From positions 1 through 23,690 of the forward strand of contig JBDKRC010000157.1 of assembly GCA_039683575.1 (NCBI GenBank): a stretch of 23,690 nucleotides of DNA. Reading direction: 5' to 3'. The stretch comes from Armatimonadia bacterium (lineage in GTDB: Bacteria; Armatimonadota; Zipacnadia; Zipacnadales; UBA11051). Of this stretch, positions 1 through 8,100 are shown piece by piece. Under the pieces are notes generated by a model that saw only the letters and a list, made by a program, of their open reading frames with translations, made no database searches and had not been told where the DNA came from. A program made the translations under genes and the position numbers. Every line of letters begins with the position of its first letter. Position 1 is the first letter of the stretch.

Positions 1-1973
1 TCGAAGGGCTCAAACCCGATCTTGTGCAGCGGCGAATCCGGCCCGAAGTCCAGGTCGTCAATGTCCTTGCGGAACGGGTTGCCGATCAGCGACCCCGCAT
101 CCTTGCCCTGCGCCTGCCACCCCGCCAGGTCCTCCCCGTAGAAGTCCAGGTCGTTCCCCTTCAGGTCCCAGTACAGGTTGTTCCGCAGTGTGAACCTATC
201 CGGCGTCAGATTCCCATCCAGCGGCCGCCCGTTGTCCACCACCACCACATTCCGCTCAAACACCAGGTCGTTTGGCAAGTCCGTCCGCGAACTCAGGATA
301 TTGCCATCCCACGCCCGGCAGAACACGTTGTTGCGTATCTGATTCCGCTGACCATAGTGCTGGTGCAAGCCCCCCGACTTCGTGTTGTAGACGATGTTCT
401 TCTCCAGCACGATGTCCGAGCTACCCTCATCCGTGTAGAGCCCCCACCCGCCGTAGCTGTACGAGTACACATCATGAATCCGGTTGTACCGCTCCACCGT
501 CCCCGGCGAAATCCCCAGCGAATAGATCCCGCCCATGTCGCTCAGCGCAAACTTGCCGATATCGTGGATATGGTTGTACTCAAACAGGTTGTCATGCGCC
601 GTAGTAGGCGCGTAGCCCCAACTCCAACCCACCGAGCACCCGGAATAGTAGAAGTCGCAAATCTCGTTGTGTGTGACCTTGTTATAGCTGCTCCGCCCAA
701 TCCACACTCCAATACCAGCCGCAAACACATGCCCGCCATCGTGAATGAAGCAGTTGTCCACAGTGTTGTTCGACGCCTGCCGCTCCACCTCATTCGGCAG
801 CGACGTCTCCCCGAACCTCACCCCTCCGCCGCCCAGATCATGTATCTCGCAGTGCACGATCCGGTTGTTCTTACACCCCTCCCCCAAGATCACCCCATAC
901 TCCCCGACATGCGCGATCTCGCAGTTCTCCAGCAGACAATCCCGCATCCCCTTCCCCACCACCGCCGCCGTCAGATGCGTGGCCGCCTGCCCGTCCGCCA
1001 CCTTCTCAGGATCGTGCTTCCACTCTGCATGCTGGAAAGACAGCCCACTCAAGACCACCCCCACCACCGGCATCCCCAGCCCCGCATCTCCGCGAAACTC
1101 CACCAGCCGCTGCAGCCGCGGTGCCACCACCTCCGCCTTCGTCATGTCCTCGCCCTTCATCGGCCAGTAGTACAGCCGCCCCTCTGCCCGCGACAGGTAC
1201 CACTCCCCCGGACTATCCAGCGCCGCCCGGAAGTTCTCCACATAGTACCGCGCGGTCGGCTCCCAGTATCCTATCGGATAGCCGCTCGGATTGCGGAACA
1301 TCACCGTCTTCGCCTCAGTGTCCACCTCCTGAATCCAGTGCCGTGACGCCGTCCACGCGTGATAGGCAATCACATTCACATCCCCAAGCTCCGCCCACCG
1401 CTGCACGTCCTCGTCCTTGAACCGGAACCCCTTCTTCGCATCCGGGTCCGAGCGCGCCGCCTTGCGGTCCTTCAGGGGCTGCAGCGGCCCCGCGATGTTC
1501 AGATACCCCTCATTAGGTGTCCGCGCCCGCACCCGCCGCTCCCCGTTCACAAACAGTTGATGGAAGTACCACTCCCCCCTCTTCGCCTCCGGCACCTCTG
1601 CCGTCCACACCCCACCCTCCCCGCGCTTCCAGCCCTTGATAGCGCTGCCACCCGTGAACACCGGCTTCTCGCCCTTCATGGCGATGTAGACCACCGGCGC
1701 GTCTTTCGCTCCGCCATCTTCCGGCCCAAACACAATCGGCTCTTGCAGCCGGTATGTCCCGCCGCGCACCACGACCTTGAACGGCCCCACCTCCCCCCGC
1801 GCTCGTGCCGCACGCACCGCCCGCTGCGCTCCAGCCACGCTCCCCAGCGGCTTGGCCAGTGTACCCGCCGCCGCATCATCACCTGCGGGGGCCACATACA
1901 ACGTAACCGGCGCCGCCACACTAATACCCGCCACTATTAGGGACCCCATGAGGCCCATCAGGAGTCGGTACAT
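1..1973 (-). CDS. Secreted right-handed parallel beta-helix repeat protein (GH141-like putative glycan-active enzyme), 3' end truncated by the window edge
   Basis: Not in the ORF track because no stop lies in the window. Partial manual translation from ATG at 1973 (alternative ATG 1982, preceded by GAGGGAAAGG) gives MYRLLMGLMGSLIVAGISVAAPVTLYVAPAGDDAAAGTLAKPL... Internal motifs LSDMGGIYSLG and GWGLYTDEGSS, and the end KIGFEPF, parallel NDAGAIY, GVYLDD and ALGFKPL of the 3348..6068 paralog. Confidence 0.85.
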   Translation of the reverse strand, partial: MYRLLMGLMGSLIVAGISVAAPVTLYVAPAGDDAAAGTLAKPLGSVAGAQRAVRAARARGEVGPFKVVVRGGTYRLQEPIVFGPEDGGAKDAPVVYIAMKGEKPVFTGGSAIKGWKRGEGGVWTAEVPEAKRGEWYFHQLFVNGERRVRARTPNEGYLNIAGPLQPLKDRKAARSDPDAKKGFRFKDEDVQRWAELGDVNVIAYHAWTASRHWIQEVDTEAKTVMFRNPSGYPIGYWEPTARYYVENFRAALDSPGEWYLSRAEGRLYYWPMKGEDMTKAEVVAPRLQRLVEFRGDAGLGMPVVGVVLSGLSFQHAEWKHDPEKVADGQAATHLTAAVVGKGMRDCLLENCEIAHVGEYGVILGEGCKNNRIVHCEIHDLGGGGVRFGETSLPNEVERQASNNTVDNCFIHDGGHVFAAGIGVWIGRSSYNKVTHNEICDFYYSGCSVGWSWGYAPTTAHDNLFEYNHIHDIGKFALSDMGGIYSLGISPGTVERYNRIHDVYSYSYGGWGLYTDEGSSDIVLEKNIVYNTKSGGLHQHYGQRNQIRNNVFCRAWDGNILSSRTDLPNDLVFERNVVVVDNGRPLDGNLTPDRFTLRNNLYWDLKGNDLDFYGEDLAGWQAQGKDAGSLIGNPFRKDIDDLDFGPDSPLHKIGFEPF

Positions 1974-2010
1974 TAGCGCCATCCTTTCCCTCAAAGCCGC
2001 CTTGAAGCCT

Positions 2011-2034
2011 GTAGGAGCGCTCACCAGAGCGCGA
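2011..2034 (+). repeat. GTAG-tagged REP-like palindrome
   Basis: GTAGGA-GCGCTC-ACCA-GAGCGC-GA; a degenerate copy lies at 2959-2980 (GCAGGAGCGCTCCCCGTGCGAC). Confidence 0.7.
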
Positions 2035-2174
2035 TTCCGGGCCACGTGCAATGCCATCCCAACCCTCAAACAATTGGCGGCCCGACGCTCCTATACCTTC
2101 TTCCGCACCACCGGGAAGGAACTCCCGCCCTTGAGCCGAATATCATTCCCAACCGCTTCACCATGGAGGACAAC

Positions 2175-2951
2175 ATGCGCCTCTGCCTCTCGATCGTCCT
2201 GTTGCTCATTGTGGTCAATGCTGCCCACTCCGCCGACGTCGCCGGCATGGCCCTCGTTCCGGAAGGGGAGTTCACCATGGGCGGTCCTGGCAAGGCCATT
2301 GACGAAGACGCCGCCGAACGCCCCGAGCACAAGCTGACCCTCCCCGGCTTCTACCTCGATGTCTACGAAGTAACCACCACCCAGTACGCCGCCTTCCTCA
2401 GCGCCGTGAACCGCACCCAGGACGAGGCCGGCCACTCCTTCTTCGGCCTGCCGCAATACATGGTGGTGGAGAAGGTTGACGGCCAGTGGCGTCCCCTCAA
2501 GGGCAAAGAGAAGTTCCCGATGACCAACGTGACGTGGTACGGCGCTAATGCCTACGCCAAATGGGCCGGCAAGCGCCTGCCGACAGAAGCCGAGTGGGAG
2601 AAAGCCGCCCGCGGCACCGACGCCCGCAAGTTCGTCTGGGGCGCCGACTTCGACCCGGGCCGCATGCGCTTCGGCCAGGACAGCATCGGCCCCGTCGGCG
2701 AGCGACCCACCGGCGTCTCGCAATACGGCTGCCATGACATGGCCGGCAACGTCTGGGAGTGGACCAGCAGCGTCTTCAAGCCCTATCCCTACGTCGCCAC
2801 CGATGGCCGTGAAGACCCAACCTCCGCCGACCGCCGAGTAGCCCGCGGCGGCAGCTTCACCGGCGAGCCTTCCATAGCCACCACAACCTACCGCTTCCGT
2901 CCCTACCCGCAAGAAGCCTATCACTACCTGGGCTTCCGCTGCGCCAAATAG
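2175..2951 (+). CDS. Secreted formylglycine-generating-enzyme (FGE/SUMF1) fold protein, probably non-catalytic
   Basis: RBS GGAGGA before ATG 2175; signal peptide; family motifs EVT, RLPTEAEWEKAARG, DMAGNVWEW, RGGSF and GFRC. The two catalytic Cys of true FGE after RGGS are absent. Confidence 0.88.
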   Translation: MRLCLSIVLLLIVVNAAHSADVAGMALVPEGEFTMGGPGKAIDEDAAERPEHKLTLPGFYLDVYEVTTTQYAAFLSAVNRTQDEAGHSFFGLPQYMVVEKVDGQWRPLKGKEKFPMTNVTWYGANAYAKWAGKRLPTEAEWEKAARGTDARKFVWGADFDPGRMRFGQDSIGPVGERPTGVSQYGCHDMAGNVWEWTSSVFKPYPYVATDGREDPTSADRRVARGGSFTGEPSIATTTYRFRPYPQEAYHYLGFRCAK

Positions 2952-2981
2952 ACCCGCGGCAGGAGCGCTCCCCGTGCGACC

Positions 2982-3201
2982 GCCTTACAGCCGTACGAGC
3001 GGCATCCCTGCGACTGTATACAGTCGCCACGCGAGATCTCGCCAATAGAGTGGGGCTTCCAGCCCCACGGCCCACGCAACGCAATGCCTTTGCAGCCATA
3101 CGAGCGCAATCCGCCGCCTCTGCAGCCGTACGAGCGGCATCCTGCCGCGAGATTTCGCCAATGGAGTGGGGCTTCCAGCCCCACGGCCCACGCAACGCAA
3201 T
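2982..3201 (+). repeat. Tandem composite REP-like modules (GTAC-tagged hairpin plus GGGGCT-TCC-AGCCCC hairpin)
   Basis: 3031-3085 and 3147-3201 are 53/55 identical. CAGCCRTACGAGCG occurs three times (near 2988, 3093 and 3123). A homologous module lies at 7990-8050. Confidence 0.85.
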
Positions 3202-3205
3202 CGCC

Positions 3206-3292
3206 CAAAATGGGGACGGAGCCTTCGTGCGCCACTCTCCCGCGACAGAACCCGACACGCGACCTTCGCGCGAAGGCTCCGTCCCCATTTTG
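3206..3292. mobile_element. MITE/REPIN-like element with GGGGAC terminal inverted repeats
   Basis: Perfect 22-bp inverted repeat: CAAAATGGGGACGGAGCCTTCG (3206-3227) and CGAAGGCTCCGTCCCCATTTTG (3271-3292). Confidence 0.65.
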
Positions 3293-3347
3293 ACCAATAA
3301 CCTACAACACCCGTCGGACAGCCACCCAAACCGGAGGTCCTTTCCCA

Positions 3348-6068
3348 ATGTCCCACGAACGCCTGCTGCTAGCCTGCCTCTTCCTCGCCTTCGCCCTCAC
3401 CGGCTGCGCCACCGCAGCCCCAACCATGCTCTACGTCTCACCGACCGGCAATGACGCCGCCAACGGCCGCGCCGCCGTGCGCCAGGGCCCCAACGGCCCC
3501 CTCGCCACCCTTGCCGGCGCTCGCGACCTGGTGCGCAAGCTGAAGCAGGCCGGACAGTTCCCTGCCGGCGGCGTCATCATCGAGGCCCAGCCCGGCGTGT
3601 ACGAGATGGCGGCCTCCCTCGATCTCACCGCCGATGACTCCGGAAGCGAAAACGCCCCCATCATCTACCGCGCCAAACAGGGGGCGGAGGTCCGCCTCGT
3701 GGGTGGCAAACAAGTCACCAACTGGCAACTCGTGACCGACCCCGCCGCCCTTGAGCGCCTCGACGAGGGCGCCCGCGGCAAGGTCTACCAGGCCGATCTC
3801 AAAGCCCTCGGCATCACCGATCTCGGCGACGTCATAGCCAACGGCAAGCGCCTCGAAGTCTTCTTCCAGGACAAGCCCATGACCCTCTCCCGCTGGCCCA
3901 ACGAGGGCTTCGTCCGCATCAAGGACCTCGCCGGCGGCGCCCCGCACAAGATCCACGGCATCCCCGGCGACAAGATCGGCAAGTTCGTCTACGAAGGCGA
4001 CCGCCCCGAGCGTTGGGTGAAGGAGAAGGACGTCTGGCTGCACGGCTACTGGTTCTGGGACTGGTCCGACCAGCGCCAGAAGATCGAGTCCATCGACACC
4101 CAGAACAAAGTCATCTCCCTCACCCCGCCCTACCACGGCTACGGCTACCGCAAAAACCAGTGGTACTACGCTTTCAACGTCCTCGCCGAACTCGACTCCC
4201 CCGGCGAGTGGTATCTCGACCGCGAGACCAGCACGCTCTACTTCTGGCCTCCCTCCCCCATCAACAAGGCCAAGACCCTCGTCTCGGTCATCCCGGCCCT
4301 GATCAACACCGTCAACACCAACCACGTAACCTTCCAGGGCTTCACCATCGAGGCCACGCGCAGCACCCCCGTCAACGTCGGCGGTGGCACCGGCGTGAAA
4401 GTGGTGGCCTGCACCATCCGCAACACCGGCGGCTCCGCCGTCAGCATGAGCGGCACCAATAACGGCGTGATCGGCTGCGACGTCTACGAGACCGCCAGCG
4501 GCGGCATTCACCTCACCGGCGGCGACCGCAACAAGCTCATCCCCGCCGGTCTGTACGCCGAAAACAACCACGTCCACCACTACGCCCGCTGGAACCGCGT
4601 CTACAACCCCGGCATCACGCTCAGCGGCGTCGGCAACCGCGCCTCCCACAACCTCATCGACAACGCCCCGCACATGGCCATGGGCTTCGGCGGCAACAAC
4701 CACCTCATCGAATACAACGAGATCCACAGCGTCTGCTATGAGTCCAACGACGCCGGCGCCATCTACACCGGCCGCAACTGGTCCATGGCGGGCACCAAGA
4801 TCGTCAACAACTACCTCCACCACATCAACGGCTTCGAAGGCCGTGGCTGCGTCGGCGTCTACCTCGACGACCAGTTCGGCAGCACCAACATCGACAACAA
4901 CCTCTTCTACAACGTCACCCGCGCGGCCATGATCGGCGGCGGGCGCAACTGCACCATTAACAACAGCATCTTCGTAGACTGTGTCCCAGCCACCCACGTT
5001 GACGCCCGCGGCCTCGGCTGGGCCGCCGGCGGCAACCCCGGCATGGTCAAGTCCCTCACCGACCTGCCCTACAAGGAATCCCCGTGGAAGGAGCAATATC
5101 CCTGGCTCCTCACGCTCCTCGACGACGAGCCCATGGCGCCCAAGTACAACGTCATCGCCCACAACATCTGCGTCGGCGGACGCTGGGGCGACTTCGAGGG
5201 CAAGGCCAAGCCGCTGATCACCTTCACCGACAACCTGCTCGACCAGGACCCGCAGTTCGTCAAGTCCGTGCGCGTGGCGACCGAGAAGACCCCGCCGCTC
5301 GCCACCGACTTCGCCCTCAAGCCCTCTTCCCCGGCCTTCGCGCTCGGCTTCAAGCCCCTGCCGCTGGCCAAGATGGGCCTCGACCCCAGGCTCCCCCGCG
5401 CCTCCTGGCCTGTAAAGAGCCCGGTCCGCCCGATGATCGCCCCGCCGCCGACCGCGCCCAAAGCCCAGCGCACCGCCCCGGTGACCCTCAAGGTCGCCCG
5501 CCGCGCGGCCAACATCATCATTGACGGCACCGTCACCCCCGCCGAATGGCCCGGAGCCGGCGTCCCCGTTGAGCAGGGCCTGACCGGCCAGAAGGTCTCC
5601 CCGCCCAGCCAGGCCTGGGTCCAGTGGGACGACCAGGCCCTCTACGTCGCCATAGATAACTCAGTCAACCCCAAGTTCCCGATCCGCCCCGGCAACGCCT
5701 GGGGCCAGGATGACGCCGTAGAGATCGCCATCCGCAATCCCGCCACCAAGGACGCCCCGATCCTCGTCCTCCGCGGCTTCCCGAGCGGCCACTTCGAGAG
5801 CACCGACGAAGCCGGCGCCCCGGCCGCCGCCGCCAGGAAAGCCGCCGAGAACGTCCAATACAAGGCCAAAGTGGTGGATGACAAGAAGTGGACCAACGAA
5901 TGGCGCATCCCGTGGGCCTCACTGGGCATAGACCCCGCCAAAGCCGGGAAGCTCCAGTTCAACATAAGCGCCCGCAAGTCCGCCGATGAGCTATGGATAG
6001 AATGGCAGGGCACCAGCGCCAGCACCTGGGAAGTAAGCAACGCCGGCCTCATCGAGCTGGTCCGGTAG
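3348..6068 (+). CDS. Secreted parallel beta-helix repeat protein (GH141-like) with a C-terminal CBM9-like sugar-binding domain
   Basis: 906 aa; RBS GGAGG; signal peptide with possible lipobox LTGC; LYVSPTGND N-terminus; Asn-ladder repeats; Pro-rich linker; C-terminal IDG...EW, WDDQALY, QDDAVEI and EWRIPWASLG motifs. Confidence 0.82.
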   Translation: MSHERLLLACLFLAFALTGCATAAPTMLYVSPTGNDAANGRAAVRQGPNGPLATLAGARDLVRKLKQAGQFPAGGVIIEAQPGVYEMAASLDLTADDSGSENAPIIYRAKQGAEVRLVGGKQVTNWQLVTDPAALERLDEGARGKVYQADLKALGITDLGDVIANGKRLEVFFQDKPMTLSRWPNEGFVRIKDLAGGAPHKIHGIPGDKIGKFVYEGDRPERWVKEKDVWLHGYWFWDWSDQRQKIESIDTQNKVISLTPPYHGYGYRKNQWYYAFNVLAELDSPGEWYLDRETSTLYFWPPSPINKAKTLVSVIPALINTVNTNHVTFQGFTIEATRSTPVNVGGGTGVKVVACTIRNTGGSAVSMSGTNNGVIGCDVYETASGGIHLTGGDRNKLIPAGLYAENNHVHHYARWNRVYNPGITLSGVGNRASHNLIDNAPHMAMGFGGNNHLIEYNEIHSVCYESNDAGAIYTGRNWSMAGTKIVNNYLHHINGFEGRGCVGVYLDDQFGSTNIDNNLFYNVTRAAMIGGGRNCTINNSIFVDCVPATHVDARGLGWAAGGNPGMVKSLTDLPYKESPWKEQYPWLLTLLDDEPMAPKYNVIAHNICVGGRWGDFEGKAKPLITFTDNLLDQDPQFVKSVRVATEKTPPLATDFALKPSSPAFALGFKPLPLAKMGLDPRLPRASWPVKSPVRPMIAPPPTAPKAQRTAPVTLKVARRAANIIIDGTVTPAEWPGAGVPVEQGLTGQKVSPPSQAWVQWDDQALYVAIDNSVNPKFPIRPGNAWGQDDAVEIAIRNPATKDAPILVLRGFPSGHFESTDEAGAPAAAARKAAENVQYKAKVVDDKKWTNEWRIPWASLGIDPAKAGKLQFNISARKSADELWIEWQGTSASTWEVSNAGLIELVR

Positions 6069-6201
6069 GACGGACGTCTCGCCCGTCTCCCGCCGTTCGG
6101 AGGGGCCGAGCTTTAGCCGGCCCTGCCGTCATCACCGACCAAGCTTCGCATCTCAATGGAGGGGCCGAGCTTTAGCCGGCCCTGCCGTTATCACCGACCA
6201 A
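6065..6201 (+). repeat. REP-like cluster: a GTAG hairpin overlapping the stop codon plus two tandem GGAG-tagged units
   Basis: GTAG-GACGGACG-TCT-CGCCCGTC at 6065-6087. A 44-bp unit GGAGGGGCCGAGCTTTAGCCGGCCCTGCCGTYATCACCGACCAA lies at 6099-6142 and 6158-6201 (1 mismatch), with a third copy near 23595. Confidence 0.85.
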
Positions 6202-6207
6202 CAAAGC

Positions 6208-6287
6208 AGCGGGGACTGACCCCAATTTCGCAACCTTGCCCTTCGCCCCATTCAAACCCTCACGCGAAATTGGGGTCTGTCCCCGCT
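6208..6287. mobile_element. MITE/REPIN-like element with GGGGACTGACCCC/GGGGTCTGTCCCC ends
   Basis: 24-bp arms at 6208-6231 and 6264-6287 with one T/T mismatch; homologous to 9461-9537, including the spacer. Confidence 0.7.
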
Positions 6288-6324
6288 CCGTCCGCAACGC
6301 GCACACCAAAGGGGGCACACAACA

Positions 6325-6663
6325 ATGCGCACCATCATCCTGGTTCTCCTCAGCCTCACGCCACTAACCACCGCCAACGCCGCCGAAGAAACCCTCTCCG
6401 GCCTCGTCCTCGGCCCCGACGGCCAACCTGCGGCGGGCGCGACCGTCGTCGCCATGAAATACGTCGCCAAAGTCGGCGGAAGTGCCGTCGAGCTAACCAC
6501 CGACGCCGAGGGGCGCTTCTCCTATGACTACCAAATCGTTGCGCGGCCGAAGGCACAGGGCCCCGGCTGGGGTGGCCGCCTCATCGGGCAGTTCACTGCC
6601 GAGGGCGGGGAAACCGAACAGGACGCTGGAGTGTTTGAGTTTGAGGTGCCCGATGGTCAGTAG
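6325..6663 (+). CDS. Small secreted protein with a carboxypeptidase-regulatory-like (prealbumin-fold) domain; possibly an internally deleted remnant
   Basis: Signal peptide, then LSGLVLGPDGQPAAGATV...TTDAEGRFS, typical of CarboxypepD_reg-like domains; only 112 aa. Confidence 0.6.
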   Translation: MRTIILVLLSLTPLTTANAAEETLSGLVLGPDGQPAAGATVVAMKYVAKVGGSAVELTTDAEGRFSYDYQIVARPKAQGPGWGGRLIGQFTAEGGETEQDAGVFEFEVPDGQ

Positions 6664-6684
6664 CACCATACCGCGAGGAGTGAC

Positions 6685-7980
6685 ATGATGAAGCACGTAA
6701 TCTGGTCGCTTGCGGCTATTCTCATCTCAGGAGCCATCGCCATGGCCCAGGCCACACCACCCGAGTACAAGCCGCAGCCCGCGAAGCTCTTCACCCCGCG
6801 CAACGGCCTTGGCAACGTCCTCGCCAAGCTCGACGCCGGCAAGGACGTCCGCATTGCCTACTTCGGCGGCAGCATCACTGCCGCCGCCGGCTGGCGCCCC
6901 AAGACCCTCAAGTGGTTCCAGGAAACATGGCCCAACGCCAAGGTCTCCGAGATCCACGCTGCCATCGGTGGCACCGGCTCCGACCTCGGCGTCTTCCGTT
7001 GCCGCCAGGACGTGCTCAGCAAGAATCCCGATCTCGTCTTCGCCGAGTTCGCCGTCAACGACAGCGGCGCCATGCCCGAGGCCATCTGGCGCTCGATGGA
7101 GGGCATCGTCCGCCAGATCTGGTCTCAGGACCCCACGATTGATATCTGCTACGTCTACACCATCACCGCCAGCATCGCCCCCGACCTCGAAAACGGCATG
7201 TGTCCCCGCGCCGCCGGTGCCGACGAGATGCTCGCCGACTACTACGGCATCCCCTCGATCAACGTCGGCCTGCGCATCGCCCAGCTCAAGGCGGAAGACA
7301 AGCTGATCTACGCCTCCGCCAAGGATGAAAACGGCAAGCCCCTCCCCGGCCCCGAGGGCCACATCGTCTTCTCCGATGACAGCGTCCACCCCCTCGACGC
7401 CGGCCACCAGATCTACACCGAGGTCATCGCCAACGCCATCACCGAACTCCGCGCGGGCGCCAAACCGGGCCCGCACGAGCTAAAGCCAGCCTTCATGCCC
7501 GGCAACATGGAGCAAGCCCGGCTCGTTCCCCTGACGCCCGCCATCCTCACCCCCGGCTGGACCAAGCTCAACCCCGCCGAGGGCCTCGCTGCACGCTTCA
7601 AATCGGTCATGCCCGAGCTGTGGCAGGCCAGCACGCCGGGCGAGAAGATCAGCTTCAAGTTCAAGGGCACCACCGCCCGCCTCTACGACCTCGTAGGCCC
7701 CAACGGCGGCCAGGTCATCGTCACGGTTGACGGCAAGACCAGCGGCCCCCGCCCCCGCTTCGACAGCTACTGCACCTACCACCGCCCGGCGGCGGTATCC
7801 CTCTGTGAAGGCCTGCCGGACACCGTTCACGAAGTAACAGTGGAACTGGACAGCAAGCAACCGGACCGCAGTTCAGTAACCAACCGCGAGAAGGACAAAC
7901 CAAACTTCAACCCGGCCACCTACGACGGCACCAACCTCTGGGTAGCCAGCCTAATGCTAATCGGCGACCTCGTCCCGTAG
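6685..7980 (+). CDS. Secreted SGNH/GDSL-family hydrolase (putative carbohydrate esterase)
   Basis: RBS GAGGAG; signal peptide; blocks YFGGSIT, IGGTGS, EFAVND and DSVHP; C-terminal beta-rich domain. Confidence 0.9.
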   Translation: MMKHVIWSLAAILISGAIAMAQATPPEYKPQPAKLFTPRNGLGNVLAKLDAGKDVRIAYFGGSITAAAGWRPKTLKWFQETWPNAKVSEIHAAIGGTGSDLGVFRCRQDVLSKNPDLVFAEFAVNDSGAMPEAIWRSMEGIVRQIWSQDPTIDICYVYTITASIAPDLENGMCPRAAGADEMLADYYGIPSINVGLRIAQLKAEDKLIYASAKDENGKPLPGPEGHIVFSDDSVHPLDAGHQIYTEVIANAITELRAGAKPGPHELKPAFMPGNMEQARLVPLTPAILTPGWTKLNPAEGLAARFKSVMPELWQASTPGEKISFKFKGTTARLYDLVGPNGGQVIVTVDGKTSGPRPRFDSYCTYHRPAAVSLCEGLPDTVHEVTVELDSKQPDRSSVTNREKDKPNFNPATYDGTNLWVASLMLIGDLVP

Positions 7981-7989
7981 CCGACCCGC

Positions 7990-8050
7990 GCCGTACGAGC
8001 GGCATCCCTGCCGCGAGCTAACGCCAACAGAGCCCGGCTTCCAGCCGGGC
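7990..8050 (+). repeat. Composite REP-like two-hairpin module
   Basis: GTACGA-GCGGCA-TCCC-TGCCGC-GA followed by GCCCGGCT-TCC-AGCCGGGC; homologous to the modules at 2990-3067 and 3125-3184. Confidence 0.8.
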
Positions 8051-8100
8051 GAGTGAGCGCCTCCCATCACGTTTCGTCGATCACAGGAACCACACACACA

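Noticed and set aside
24..1940. Long + strand ORFs 24..1346 and 1359..1940
   Set aside because: They are antisense shadows of the real minus-strand beta-helix gene, with Arg/Pro/Val/His-rich translations and no motifs.
3010..3027. LexA (SOS) box in CTGTATACAG
   Set aside because: Spacing is CTGT-N2-ACAG rather than CTGT-N8-ACAG, and the site is embedded in a repeat.
2780..3030. FGE/CLec-fold C-terminus followed by hairpins as a diversity-generating retroelement target
   Set aside because: No template repeat differing at adenines and no reverse transcriptase in the window, and the hairpins belong to the REP family. A remote TR cannot be excluded without a genome search.
2982..3201. Possible CRISPR array (also 6099-6201)
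   Set aside because: Only two or three units of irregular length, no unique spacers of constant size and no cas genes. The units are dispersed REP-like elements.
2857..3454. ORFs across the repeat cluster (2857..3348, 2924..3235, 2985..3356, 3050..3454)
   Set aside because: They are translations of repeat DNA with no coding signature.
3438..5162. 574-aa minus-strand ORF and similar antisense ORFs (2091..2924, 6727..7476, 22015..22791)
   Set aside because: They mirror well-supported genes, as expected from high GC3 codon bias.
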